Of a stretch of 64,000 bases of DNA, positions 17,756 through 27,303 are shown piece by piece. The notes below the pieces were generated by a model that was given only the letters and a program-made list of their open reading frames with translations, had not been told where the DNA came from and made no database searches. Position 1 is the stretch's first letter. Every line of letters starts with the position of its first letter. Location: the NCBI GenBank assembly GCA_035703805.1, contig DASSXM010000036.1, positions 2,580-66,579 of the forward strand, given 5' to 3'. The DNA is from Gaiellaceae bacterium (GTDB lineage: Bacteria > Actinomycetota > Thermoleophilia > Gaiellales > Gaiellaceae). The position numbers and the translations under genes were made by a program.

Positions 17756-18654
17756 TGGCAGAATCGTATGGCGTGGTCGCCTGCACGCCGCATCCCGGGC
17801 TCGGCACGGTCGCGATCCAGCGCCCCGCGATCGTACGGGTCGTCGACCTGGCCAGCTGCCGGGTAACGACAGAGCGGCCGGCGAAACCCGCAGGCGGTCC
17901 GACCATCGTCGTGCGCCGCACCGGCAAGGCGGGGACGCAGTCAATCGTCTTCGACGGGCGGATGGTGCTGACCGTGCACGAGTCGTTCGCCAGGATTCCT
18001 GCCGGCTCGCCCGGCCCGATTGAGCTCAAGGGGATCTCTCCTGACCGGAGGTGGATTCTCTACGCCATCGACCCGATGGGCTCCGCGTCCCTCGCCGCAG
18101 ACGGCCTGACGCTGCAGGCCGTGAGCACCACCGGCGGCCGGTCACGCACAGTCGCATCGGGACTCCTCTACAGCGACTACCGTGCGTGGTGCGACTTCCG
18201 TACGCTCGTCATCACCGCTGGTGGCGACCGGATCGCGACGAACAACAAGCGCTTGGTCGTCACCGGCCCGCCGACATGGCGCCCTCATCTGCTCGTGCAC
18301 ATGCCGACACACGCGTTCGGGTCTGTCGTGTGCGCACCCGATGGGGAGTCGGTCGTCGTGCAGTCGCAGCCGCAGAGCGCTGACGGCAGTTTCTTTCATA
18401 CGCGGTGGCATCTCCAGCGCATCTGGTTCTACGACGGCGCGCAGAAGACGCTGACGCACCCGCCGCTGGGTTACGCGGATGAGTCGCCGCACTTCTCGCC
18501 CGACGAGCGCACGATCTACTTCGTCCGCTCGAAGCGAGGTATCGGCGAGCTGTATGCGCTGCGCGCCGGAAAGCTCGTTGGCCCCCTGCTCTCCCTCGGC
18601 TACTCGATGGGCTATTACGGCGCGAACGCTTGGCCGTACACCGTCAGGCGCTGA
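17755..18654 (+). CDS. hypothetical protein with TolB/PD40-like beta-propeller repeats
   Basis: 299 aa with repeats such as ISPDRRWILYAIDP and FSPDERTIYFVRS. The start is uncertain (TTG 17755 or GTG 17773). Confidence 0.55.
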   Translation: MAESYGVVACTPHPGLGTVAIQRPAIVRVVDLASCRVTTERPAKPAGGPTIVVRRTGKAGTQSIVFDGRMVLTVHESFARIPAGSPGPIELKGISPDRRWILYAIDPMGSASLAADGLTLQAVSTTGGRSRTVASGLLYSDYRAWCDFRTLVITAGGDRIATNNKRLVVTGPPTWRPHLLVHMPTHAFGSVVCAPDGESVVVQSQPQSADGSFFHTRWHLQRIWFYDGAQKTLTHPPLGYADESPHFSPDERTIYFVRSKRGIGELYALRAGKLVGPLLSLGYSMGYYGANAWPYTVRR

Positions 18655-19328
18655 GATTCACTGTGGAGGAGATCCCGCTCACCGGCGGCTGGGTCACGAA
18701 AGGCGTCGTTCGCGTCGGCGATACCGTCCGGCGTCCGCGCAGAGAGAGCAGTGAGTCCGTCCGGACCTTGCTGGAGCACTTGGAGCGATGCGGGTTCGGC
18801 GCGTCCCCGCGGTTCCTCGGCTACGACGAAGGCGGCCGCGAGACGCTCACGTTCCTTGAAGGCGACGTCCTGCACGACTGCCGTGCGCTCGTGCTCACGA
18901 ACGAGCAGTTAGCAGCGGCGGCGCGGTTGTTGAAGAGCTATCACGATTGCACGACGTCGCTTGCCGCCGACGCCGAGGTCGTCTGCCATGGCGACTACGG
19001 CCCATGGAACCTCGTGTGGCGCGACGAGCTACCCATCGCGATCTTTGACTTCGACAACGCCCATCCCGGTCGACGGAACGAGGACGTCGGCTACGCCCTA
19101 TGGAAGCATCTGAACCTGGGGCTGATCGACCTCCCCGCGGCCGAGCAGGCACGGCGGTTGCGAGTCTTCGCTGCTGCGTACGGCATGCCGGTCAACGCCG
19201 ACCTGCTTGATGCGATTCACGCGTCGCAGGAGGTCTTCTCAGGCGTCGTCGCCGGGACACCGGCGGTCAACAAGCACGAAGGCGAGCGCCGCTGGCTCGC
19301 TGAGCACGGGCAAGAGTTGGTCGCCTAG
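18630..19328 (+). CDS. phosphotransferase (APH / kinase-like) family protein
   Basis: Carries HGDYGPWNLVW and IFDFDNAHPG catalytic-loop and DFD-like motifs. The start is uncertain and may be GTG about 18663. Confidence 0.75.
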   Translation: MAVHRQALRFTVEEIPLTGGWVTKGVVRVGDTVRRPRRESSESVRTLLEHLERCGFGASPRFLGYDEGGRETLTFLEGDVLHDCRALVLTNEQLAAAARLLKSYHDCTTSLAADAEVVCHGDYGPWNLVWRDELPIAIFDFDNAHPGRRNEDVGYALWKHLNLGLIDLPAAEQARRLRVFAAAYGMPVNADLLDAIHASQEVFSGVVAGTPAVNKHEGERRWLAEHGQELVA

Positions 19329-21109
19329 GCGCTGAGCTCGAGCTCGGCGTCGCGCGTAAGGAGCGACGCATAGCGGCCGCCCGCGCGCAGGAGCTCCTCG
19401 TGCGTGCCGATCTCGACGACCCTGCCGTGGTCGAGCACGACGATCTGGTCGGCATCGCGAATCGTCGACAGACGGTGCGCGATTGCGATCGTCGTCCGCC
19501 CTTCCGAGAGGCGGTCGAGCGCCTCCTGCACGAGCCGCTCGGTCTCGGTGTCGAGCGAGCTTGTCGCCTCGTCGAGGACGAGGATCGGCGGATTACGCAG
19601 AACCGTCCGCGCGATCGCGATGCGCTGCTTCTCGCCGCCGGAGAAGCGATAGCCGCGCTCGCCGACGATGGTGTCGTACCCATCGGGCAGCGCGGCAATG
19701 ACATGGTGGATGCGCGCTGCCTCCGCGGCGGCCTCGATCTCCTCGTCGGTGGCGTCCGGCTTCGCGAAGCGGAGGTTCTCGCGCACGCTCTCGTGGAAGA
19801 GGTACGTCTCCTGCGAGACGACGCCGACGAGGTCGGAGAGCGCCTTGAAGCTCAGCTCGCGCACGTCGACGCCGGCGATCGTCACGTTCCCGCGGCCGAC
19901 GTCGTACAGGCGCGCGGCGAGATAGCCGAGCGTCGTCTTCCCGGAGCCCGTCTCGCCGACGAGCGCGGTCGTCGTCCCCGCCTTCACGGTGAACGAGACG
20001 TCCTCGAGCGTCCACCCTTCGCCGTAGCCGAACCACACGTGGTCGAAGACGACGTCGCCGGCGGGAGCCTCAGGCATCGCGTCCGGCCTCTCCTCGATGT
20101 CGACGGGCTGATCGAGGTATTCGAAGATGCGGTCGAAGAGGGCGAGCGACGTCTGGACGTCGAGCCCGACGCCGAGCAGCGAGCCGACGGGGAAGAAGAG
20201 GCGCGTCTGCAGCGCCGTGAACGCGACGACGGTCGCGATCGACACGACGTTCGTGACGCCCGCGAGCCAGTACACGGCGGCAGGCATGACCGAGAAGCTC
20301 GTCTGGATCGACGCCATCACCCAGCGCCCCGCCATGCGCTGCCGGACCTCGAGGTCGGCGAGGCGAAGCGAGTCGGACTCGAAGCGGTCGGCGAGCTCGG
20401 CCGAGCGGCCCATCGTCTTGCCGAGCATGATCCCGCTCACCGAGAGCGATTCCTGCACGAGGCTCGAGATGTCGGCGAGCGTCTCCTGGGTCGTCTTCGC
20501 GATCTTGCGCCGCTCGTTGCCGACGCGGCGCGTGAGCACGGCGAAGAGCGGAATGAGTGCGAATGCGAAGAGCGCGAGCTGCCAGCTGAGCAGCACCATG
20601 CCGACCATCGTCGCGATGACGGTGGTCACGCTCGACGTGATGTTCGTCGCCGTGTTCGTGACGACGTTCTGCACGCCGCCGATGTCGTTCGAGATCCGCG
20701 ACTGCACTTCGCCCGTACGCGTTCGTGTGAAGAACGCGAGTGAAAGCCGTTGCAGGTGACGGAAGACGGCCGCGCGCAGGTCGTGCATGACGCGCTGGCC
20801 GACCTGGTTCGAGAGCAGCGTCTGCAGGACACCCAGCACGCCGGTCGCGATCGCGATCGCGATCATCCCGCCTGCGTTCCACGACACGACGGTCGTGTTG
20901 TGCTGGAAGATCCCGTTCAATACGCGCCGAAGCAGGAACGCCGGGACGACGCCAAGCGCCGAGCTCAGGACGATGAGGCCGAGCAGCCCCGAGAGCCGTG
21001 CCTTGTACGGCGCGAAGAGCGGCCGGATCCGCCTCAGATTGGCCCGCCGCACCTCCGGATCGGAGGGCCGCTCCGCGGGCGCGTCGGCCGAGTGAAAGAA
21101 CATTCCCAT
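19325..21109 (-). CDS. ABC transporter ATP-binding/permease fusion (MsbA-like exporter)
   Basis: 594 aa with an N-terminal 6-TM domain followed by GETGSGKTT, LSGGEKQRIAIAR and LVLDEATS. Confidence 0.92.
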   Translation of the reverse strand: MGMFFHSADAPAERPSDPEVRRANLRRIRPLFAPYKARLSGLLGLIVLSSALGVVPAFLLRRVLNGIFQHNTTVVSWNAGGMIAIAIATGVLGVLQTLLSNQVGQRVMHDLRAAVFRHLQRLSLAFFTRTRTGEVQSRISNDIGGVQNVVTNTATNITSSVTTVIATMVGMVLLSWQLALFAFALIPLFAVLTRRVGNERRKIAKTTQETLADISSLVQESLSVSGIMLGKTMGRSAELADRFESDSLRLADLEVRQRMAGRWVMASIQTSFSVMPAAVYWLAGVTNVVSIATVVAFTALQTRLFFPVGSLLGVGLDVQTSLALFDRIFEYLDQPVDIEERPDAMPEAPAGDVVFDHVWFGYGEGWTLEDVSFTVKAGTTTALVGETGSGKTTLGYLAARLYDVGRGNVTIAGVDVRELSFKALSDLVGVVSQETYLFHESVRENLRFAKPDATDEEIEAAAEAARIHHVIAALPDGYDTIVGERGYRFSGGEKQRIAIARTVLRNPPILVLDEATSSLDTETERLVQEALDRLSEGRTTIAIAHRLSTIRDADQIVVLDHGRVVEIGTHEELLRAGGRYASLLTRDAELELSA

Positions 21110-21146
21110 CGAGGCTCAGAGTACGTCGTAGGGCAAGATCCGTGAC

Positions 21147-21779
21147 GTGCGCGTGACCGTCCGTCTCTTCGCCGGCCTGCGCGAGCGCGCCGGACGCGGC
21201 CGCCTCGAGCTCGACGACGTGCGAAGCGTCGCGGACGTATGGCCCGCACTCGCGCTCGGCGACGAGCCGCCAGGCCTCCTCTACGCCGTCAACCGCGCAT
21301 ACGTCGACCGCACGCAGGAGCTGCACGACGGCGACGAGGTCGCGCTCATTCCGCCGGTCTCCGGCGGCGCGTTCCTGCTCACGTCCGAGCCCCTCGCCGT
21401 CGACGCGGCCGTGGCCGAGGTCGCGAGCGACGACGCCGGCGGAATCGCGACGTTCGTGGGAACGGTGCGGCGCACGTCGCGCGGCCGCAATGTCGAGTAC
21501 CTCGAGTACGAGGCGTTCGAGGAGATGGCCGAGCCGATGCTGCGCGCGCTCGCCGACGAGCTCACGGCGAAGCACGGCCTGACGAAGATGGCCGTCCACC
21601 ATCGCATCGGACGCGTGGAGATCGGCGAGCCGAGCGTCGTCATCGCCGTGTCCGCGCCGCACCGCGCCGCGGCACTCGATGCGTGCCGCGAGGCGATCGA
21701 CACGCTCAAGGAGACGATTCCGCTCTGGAAGAAAGAGGTCTATGCCGGCGGCGAAGAGTGGATCGGACACGGGTCGTGA
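21147..21779 (+). CDS. fused MoaD-MoaE molybdopterin synthase (MoaX-like)
   Basis: Residues 1-74 are a ThiS/MoaD fold ending ...DEVALIPPVSGG. The rest is MoaE (GGIATFVGTVR...EYEAFEEMAE...HRIGRVEIGEPSVVIAVSAPHR...PLWKKE). Confidence 0.85.
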   Translation: MRVTVRLFAGLRERAGRGRLELDDVRSVADVWPALALGDEPPGLLYAVNRAYVDRTQELHDGDEVALIPPVSGGAFLLTSEPLAVDAAVAEVASDDAGGIATFVGTVRRTSRGRNVEYLEYEAFEEMAEPMLRALADELTAKHGLTKMAVHHRIGRVEIGEPSVVIAVSAPHRAAALDACREAIDTLKETIPLWKKEVYAGGEEWIGHGS

Positions 21780-22417
21780 GGAAGTCGCTCGAGCGCATCG
21801 GCGCTACTGCGCTTCTCATCGCGAGCACGGCGCTGAAGTGGGGCTTCATCTTCGCGAAGTTCTTCAGCTTCTTCATCTCCGTCGCTGCGTACTCGCTCTT
21901 CTTCCACAGCTGGACCTTCGCGCTCGGCTTCACGCTCATGCTGCTCGTGCACGAGCTCGGCCACGCGGTAGAGGCGCGGCGTCAGGGGCTGCACGTATCG
22001 CTGCCGACCTTCATCCCGTTCTTCGGCGCGTTCGTGACGATTCGCCACGCGGGGCTGACGCCGTGGCGGAACGCGCGCATCTCGCTCGCCGGCCCGCTGT
22101 TCGGCGGCATCGCAGCCGCAGTCGTCTGGGCCATCGGCGCCGCGCGCGGATCGAACCTACTCGAGGTGCTCGCGAACATCGGCTTCCTTCTGAACGCGTT
22201 CAACCTGCTGCCGATCGGCTTCCTCGACGGCGGCTCCGTCGCACGCTCGATCGGCGAGGCGTGGCGAATGCCGGTCGTGCGCTTCGAGGCGGGCGTGCCG
22301 GTTCAGGCGTTCGCGCCCGACCGCGCGCGCGCCGTCACGATCTTCGCGCTCTACGCAGCGCTGGCCGGCGCGCTCGTCCTCGGTCTCCTCGCAACGCGCC
22401 CGAACGGAATGATCTAG
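21776..22417 (+). CDS. site-2 protease (peptidase M50) family membrane metalloprotease
   Basis: GTG 21776 overlaps the moaDE stop (GTGA). Motifs are HELGH and NLLPIGFLDGG, and the protein is multi-TM. Confidence 0.8.
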   Translation: MRKSLERIGATALLIASTALKWGFIFAKFFSFFISVAAYSLFFHSWTFALGFTLMLLVHELGHAVEARRQGLHVSLPTFIPFFGAFVTIRHAGLTPWRNARISLAGPLFGGIAAAVVWAIGAARGSNLLEVLANIGFLLNAFNLLPIGFLDGGSVARSIGEAWRMPVVRFEAGVPVQAFAPDRARAVTIFALYAALAGALVLGLLATRPNGMI

Positions 22418-22419
22418 CC

Positions 22420-23103
22420 ATGCTCGACGACCGCCGCATGCTCCGCACGCACGAGACGGAGGCGGAGCTGCGCGAGCACACCGACCGCATCGCGACGGAG
22501 TTCCTCATGGGCTTCGAAGCGGTCGAGAAGATCGACCGGCCTGCGGTTTCGGTCTTCGGCTCGGCGCGCATCCGCGAGGGATCGTCCGAGTACGACCTCG
22601 CGCGCACCGTCGGCCGGCTCTTCGCCGAGGCGGGCTGGGCCGTCGTCACCGGCGGCGGACCGGGAGCGATGGAAGCCGCGAACCGCGGCTGCCGCGACGG
22701 CGGCGGCCTCTCGATCGGCTTCAACATCGAGCTCCCGCACGAGCAGGGGTCGAACCCGTACCTCGACGTCTCGCTCACCTTCCACCACTTCTACGCGCGC
22801 AAGACGATGTTCGTGAAGGCGGCGGAGGGCTTCGTCGTCCTCCCCGGCGGCTTCGGCACCGCGGACGAGCTCTTCGAGTCGCTCACGCTCATCCAGACAG
22901 GCAAGGTCTTCGAGTTCCCGGTCGTGCTCCTCGGCTCCGAGTACTGGTCGCCGCTGCTCGCCTGGATCCGCGACCGGCTCCTCCCGGCAGGGATGATCGC
23001 GCCCGACGACCTCGAGCTGATGACCGTCACCGACGATCCCGCCGCGGCCGTGAAATGCGTCCTCGACTCCTACGAACGCGCCTGCGCTCAAGGCGAGCGG
23101 TGA
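22420..23103 (+). CDS. LOG family protein (TIGR00730-type nucleotide phosphoribohydrolase)
   Basis: Begins MLDDRRMLRTHE. Motifs are VVTGGGPGAMEAANRG and VLPGGFGTADELFE. Confidence 0.85.
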   Translation: MLDDRRMLRTHETEAELREHTDRIATEFLMGFEAVEKIDRPAVSVFGSARIREGSSEYDLARTVGRLFAEAGWAVVTGGGPGAMEAANRGCRDGGGLSIGFNIELPHEQGSNPYLDVSLTFHHFYARKTMFVKAAEGFVVLPGGFGTADELFESLTLIQTGKVFEFPVVLLGSEYWSPLLAWIRDRLLPAGMIAPDDLELMTVTDDPAAAVKCVLDSYERACAQGER

Positions 23104-23903
23104 AATTGCCGATTGGCATCGCTGTGGGACGGCACCGGCACGAGAGGGCCAAGCTCGAGCTGCTCCTGACGCAGCTCACGTCGTCGCTCGTCTGGACGAC
23201 GGATGTCGATCTCGTCGTCACGTCCGCGTTCGGCGGTGCGCTCGACCTCATCGGCGTGAGCGGTCCGGACCTCGTCGGCAAGTCCGTCGAAGAGCTGACG
23301 GCACCCACCGCCGATGCCGGCGCCGCAATCCTCGACGCTCACCGCCGCGCGCTCGAGGGCCAGGCCGACGACATCACCGAACAGTGGGGGACGTTCCCAT
23401 TCGACCTTCACTTCGAGCCGCTGTACGAAGACGGCACCATCGTCGGCGTCGGCGGCATCGCGGTCGACGCGTCGAAGCGCCGCGCCGCAGAACAGGCGCT
23501 CGTCGAATCGGAAGCTCGCTTCCGCACGCTCGTCGAGCGGCTGCCGATCTGCACGTACATCAATCCGCTCGGCCTGCCGATCCGCACGACGTACATGAGC
23601 CCATACGTCGAGAAGCTGCTCGGCTTTCCCGTCGAGCGCTGGCTGAACGAGCCGGACTTCTTCGTGACGCGCCTGCATCCGGACGACCTCGAGCGCGTGC
23701 TCGCCTCAGCGCACCGCACGCACGAGGACGGAGAGCCCTTCCGCGAGTCGTATCGGCTCATCGCGAAGGACGGACGCGTGGTCCATCTCCTCGACGAGAC
23801 GATTCCCGTCAGCGACGAGCGCGGCCGGCCGTTGTTCCTCCAGGGCTTCTTCATAGAGCTCGACACCGGCGCCGTCGAAGAGCTGCACTCGGCCACCGGG
23901 TAG
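23100..23903 (+). CDS. tandem PAS-domain protein without an output domain
   Basis: GTG 23100 overlaps the LOG stop (GTGA). The second PAS domain reads ALVESEARFRTLVERLPICTY...YRLIAKDGRVVHLLDE. Confidence 0.7.
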   Translation: MKLPIGIAVGRHRHERAKLELLLTQLTSSLVWTTDVDLVVTSAFGGALDLIGVSGPDLVGKSVEELTAPTADAGAAILDAHRRALEGQADDITEQWGTFPFDLHFEPLYEDGTIVGVGGIAVDASKRRAAEQALVESEARFRTLVERLPICTYINPLGLPIRTTYMSPYVEKLLGFPVERWLNEPDFFVTRLHPDDLERVLASAHRTHEDGEPFRESYRLIAKDGRVVHLLDETIPVSDERGRPLFLQGFFIELDTGAVEELHSATG

Positions 23904-24063
23904 GGCGCGGCCGCAGGTGCGTTCCTGGTCTGCCGAGCGAAAACCGAGCAGCCCAAGGACGCAGGGAGCGCGAATAGCTCTGCCTATTCGCGCGACTGAG
24001 GACGCCGGGATGCGACGGTTTGCAGCCGGCAGAGCGGACAACTGCATCTGCGGCCGCGCCCTA
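23901..24063. mobile_element. 163-bp MITE-like imperfect palindrome with perfect 16-bp terminal inverted repeats
   Basis: TAGGGCGCGGCCGCAG (23901-23916) is the exact reverse complement of 24048-24063. Nested helices are 23929-23935/24027-24033 and a central 10-bp hairpin at 23968-23993. The element has TA at both ends and no ORF. Confidence 0.45.
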
Positions 24064-24076
24064 TAACGTTCGCAGC

Positions 24077-25360
24077 GTGCAGCTGCGCGATCTTCCGTCG
24101 GTCGACGAGCTCGCCCGCACGAGCGCCGACCCGCTCGCCGTCGCCGCCGCGCGCACGGTCCTCGCGCGCGCGCGCGAACTACTAGTACGAGGGAACGAGC
24201 CGGGCGATCTCGCGGCCGCGCTCGCGGAGGAGCTGCGGACGGCGAGGGCCGCGAGCCTCCGCCGCGTGCTGAACGCGACCGGCGTCATCATCCATACGAA
24301 TCTCGGGCGCGCACCGCTCGCGGACGAGGCGCTCGCTCAGGTCGTCGAGGTTGGGCGCGGCTACTCGAACCTCGAGCTCGATCTCGCCGACGGGACGCGC
24401 GGCTCGCGCCAGGATCACTGCGCGTCGATTCTCCGCCGGCTCACCGGCGCCGAGGCGGCGCTCGTCGTCAACAACAACGCCGGCGCGGTTCTCCTCGCGC
24501 TCGCCGCGCTCGCCGAAGGGCGCGAGGTGGTCGTCTCCCGCGGCGAGCTGCTCGAGATCGGCGACGGCTTTCGCATTCCGGATGTGCTGACGCGGTCGGG
24601 CGCACGCCTCGTCGAGGTGGGCACGACGAACCGCACGCGCGCGAGCGACTACGAGAGCGCGGTCACGGCGGACACGGCGCTGCTTCTGCGCGTGCACCAG
24701 TCGAACTTCCGCGTTGTGGGCTTCACCGAGCAGCCCGCGCTCGCCGAGCTCGCAGCCGTCGCGCGCCGCCACGAGCTGCCGCTCGTCGACGACCTCGGCT
24801 CCGGCGTGCTGAGCGAATTGCCCGGCGAGCCGTCGGCGAAGGAGTCGCTCGCGGCCGGCGCCGACCTCGTGTGCTTCTCCGGCGACAAGCTGCTCGGCGG
24901 CCCGCAGGCCGGCATCGTCGCCGGTCGTGCCGACCTCGTCGCACGGCTGCGCCGCCATCCGCTGCAGCGCGCGCTGCGCGCGGACAAGCTCACGCTCGCG
25001 GCGCTCGAAGGAACGCTGCACGTTTATCTCGACGCGCCGGAACGCATTCCCGTGCTGCGGATGCTCGACGAGGACATCGCGGTCGTTCGCGCGCGCTCCG
25101 AACGGCTCGCGTCGCTCACGGGCGGCACGGTCGAGAACACCGTCGCGCGCGTCGGCGGCGGCGCGCTCCCGCTCGCGGAGCTGCCGAGCTATGCCTGCGC
25201 GCTCGACGAGTCGCTCGCGGCGCCGTTGCGCACCGGTGAGCCGCCCGTCGTCGGCATCGTCCGCGACGGGAAGCTCCTGCTCGACTGCCGCACGCTCGCC
25301 GACGGCGAGATTGATGAAGTCGCAGCCGCCGTAGCGCAATGCCTAGCCTACGGCTCTTAG
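24077..25360 (+). CDS. selA: L-seryl-tRNA(Sec) selenium transferase
   Basis: Motifs are LRDLPSVDEL..., VLNATGVIIHTNLGRAPL, and FSGDKLLGGPQAGI with the PLP lysine. The start is GTG 24077. The track's TTG 24020 lies inside the palindromic element and has weak codon bias. Confidence 0.9.
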   Translation: MQLRDLPSVDELARTSADPLAVAAARTVLARARELLVRGNEPGDLAAALAEELRTARAASLRRVLNATGVIIHTNLGRAPLADEALAQVVEVGRGYSNLELDLADGTRGSRQDHCASILRRLTGAEAALVVNNNAGAVLLALAALAEGREVVVSRGELLEIGDGFRIPDVLTRSGARLVEVGTTNRTRASDYESAVTADTALLLRVHQSNFRVVGFTEQPALAELAAVARRHELPLVDDLGSGVLSELPGEPSAKESLAAGADLVCFSGDKLLGGPQAGIVAGRADLVARLRRHPLQRALRADKLTLAALEGTLHVYLDAPERIPVLRMLDEDIAVVRARSERLASLTGGTVENTVARVGGGALPLAELPSYACALDESLAAPLRTGEPPVVGIVRDGKLLLDCRTLADGEIDEVAAAVAQCLAYGS

Positions 25361-25392
25361 CTTCAGGGCAAGCCAGGATGACCTAGGGCGCC

Positions 25393-26970
25393 GTGCCACT
25401 CACTGTTGCCACCGCCGGGCACATCGACCACGGGAAGACGACGCTCGTCGAGGCGCTGACGGGCAAGAACACCGACCGCCTTCCCGAGGAGCAGGAACGC
25501 GGCATCTCGATCGACCTCGGCTACGCGCCGCTCGACCTTCCCGACGGACGACAGCTCTCCGTCGTCGACGTGCCCGGCCACGAGCGGTTCGTGCGCACGA
25601 TGGTCGCCGGCGCGAGCGGGGTCGACCTCTTCCTGCTCGTCGTCGACGCCGGCGAGGGCGCGCGCCCGCAGACACACGAGCATCTCGCCATCCTCCGCCT
25701 GCTCGGCGTCGAGCGCGGCGTCGTCGCGCTGACGAAAGCGGACCTCGTCGACGAGGAGACGCTCGAGCTCGCGCGCGCGGAGGCAGAGGACCTCGTTCCC
25801 GGCGCGGCGGTCGTGGCAGTGAGTGCGCGCACCGGCGCCGGGCTCGACGACTTGCGTGCCGCACTCGCCGAGATCGCGGTCGAGCGCGCGCGCGTGGACG
25901 CGCCGACGCGCCTCTACGTCGATCGCTCGTTCACGCTGCACGGGATCGGCACGGTCGCGACTGGAACGCTGTGGTCGGGTTCGATCGGCGAGGGCGACGA
26001 GCTCCGCGTCGAACCGGGCGGCCGCGCCGTGCGCGTGCGCAGCGTGCAGGTTCACGACCGCGCGGTCGAGCGTGCGGACGCAGGGCAGCGCGTCGCAGTC
26101 GCCCTGCCGGGCATCGAGCGGCACGAGCTGCGCCGCGGCGACGCGCTGGTCGCGCCCGGCGCGTATCCGTCGAGCTACCGCCTCGACGTCGCACTCGAAG
26201 AGCTCGCCGAGGTCCCGCGGCGCGCACACGTTCACCACGGCACGGCGGACGTTCCTGCGCGCGTTGTGCGCGTCGGGGAGCGCTATGCGCAGCTACGCCT
26301 TGCAGAGCCCGTGGTCGCCGCGCGCGGCGACCACGTCATCCTGCGCACGGAGACGACGGTCGCCGGCGGCGTCGTGCTCGACGCCAACCCGCCGCGCCAC
26401 TCGAACGTCGAGCGCATGGAAGCGGTCGAGCGCGGAGAGGTGCTCCTATACGCACCCGTGCAGGCGGACGGCGAGTGGGCGTGGTCGCAGGAGTGGCTCG
26501 ACGAGCTTCGCGATCACCTCGAGCGCGCGATCGACGCGGCCGATCCGCTCGACCCCGGCGTCCCGGCTCCCACGGAGCCATGGGCAAAAGCGGTGGTCCC
26601 ACACCTCGGCCTGGAGCGGCGCGGCGCGAAGCTTTATCGCCCCGGCGCGACCGCCGAGCTCGGGGGCCACGCGGAGGCTGCCGCCGCGCTCGAGTCGCAG
26701 CTCGGCATCGAGCCGGTGAAGGTCGACGACGGCGCCCTTGCGCGCTTCCTCGAGGAGCAAGGGCGACTCGTGCGACTCGGCAGCGAGCACGCCGTATCCG
26801 TCGAGGCGTACGCGCGCGGACGCGCGGTCCTCGCGGACGGGATCACGCTCGCGCAGTTCCGCGATGCGCTGGGAATCGGCCGGAAGGCGGCGCAGCTGTA
26901 CCTGGAGCGCTACGACGCGGACGGGATCACGCGCCGCGTCGGCGACGAGCGCATACTGAGGCGGCGATGA
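25393..26970 (+). CDS. selB: selenocysteine-specific translation elongation factor
   Basis: 525 aa beginning [20 protein letters not shown]...DVPGHERF...TKADL, followed by winged-helix C-terminal domains. Confidence 0.92.
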   Translation: MPLTVATAGHIDHGKTTLVEALTGKNTDRLPEEQERGISIDLGYAPLDLPDGRQLSVVDVPGHERFVRTMVAGASGVDLFLLVVDAGEGARPQTHEHLAILRLLGVERGVVALTKADLVDEETLELARAEAEDLVPGAAVVAVSARTGAGLDDLRAALAEIAVERARVDAPTRLYVDRSFTLHGIGTVATGTLWSGSIGEGDELRVEPGGRAVRVRSVQVHDRAVERADAGQRVAVALPGIERHELRRGDALVAPGAYPSSYRLDVALEELAEVPRRAHVHHGTADVPARVVRVGERYAQLRLAEPVVAARGDHVILRTETTVAGGVVLDANPPRHSNVERMEAVERGEVLLYAPVQADGEWAWSQEWLDELRDHLERAIDAADPLDPGVPAPTEPWAKAVVPHLGLERRGAKLYRPGATAELGGHAEAAAALESQLGIEPVKVDDGALARFLEEQGRLVRLGSEHAVSVEAYARGRAVLADGITLAQFRDALGIGRKAAQLYLERYDADGITRRVGDERILRRR

Positions 26971-27303
26971 ACGTCCGTGAGCTGATCGAGCGCTACAACG
27001 GCGCGTGGAACGCGCAGGATCTCGACACGATCGATGCGCTGCACACGCCCGACCGCCGACGAGAAGGCCGATGGCGCCGACGCCGTGCGCGAGCACATCG
27101 CGACGATCTTCCGCAACAACCCCGACCTCAGCTTCACAACGCGGAGCCTCTACTGTGCCGACGACTTCGCCGTGTGCGAATGGACGGTGCAGACGCGCGG
27201 CCGCGAGTGGGACGGCGTCGACGTCTTTCCGGTGCGGGACGGGCTTATTGCCCGGAAGGATGTGTACTCGGCGTCGCATCGGCCGCGCGAGCTGAAGGGC
27301 TGA
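26967..27303 (+). pseudogene. SnoaL/NTF2-like protein gene disrupted by a frameshift or deletion near 27052-27058
   Basis: The N-terminus [29 protein letters not shown] (ATG 26967, ATGA overlap with selB) is in one frame. The rest (ADEKADGADAVREHIATIFRNNPDLSF...VFPVRDGLIARKDVY) is in the +1 frame, which is track ORF 27034-27303. Confidence 0.6.

Noticed and set aside
24020-24076. TTG 24020 as the selA start.
   Set aside because: The extra 19 codons lie inside the palindromic element and have weak codon bias. GTG 24077 gives the usual LRDLPSVDEL N-terminus. This remains possible, so it is noted as an alternative.
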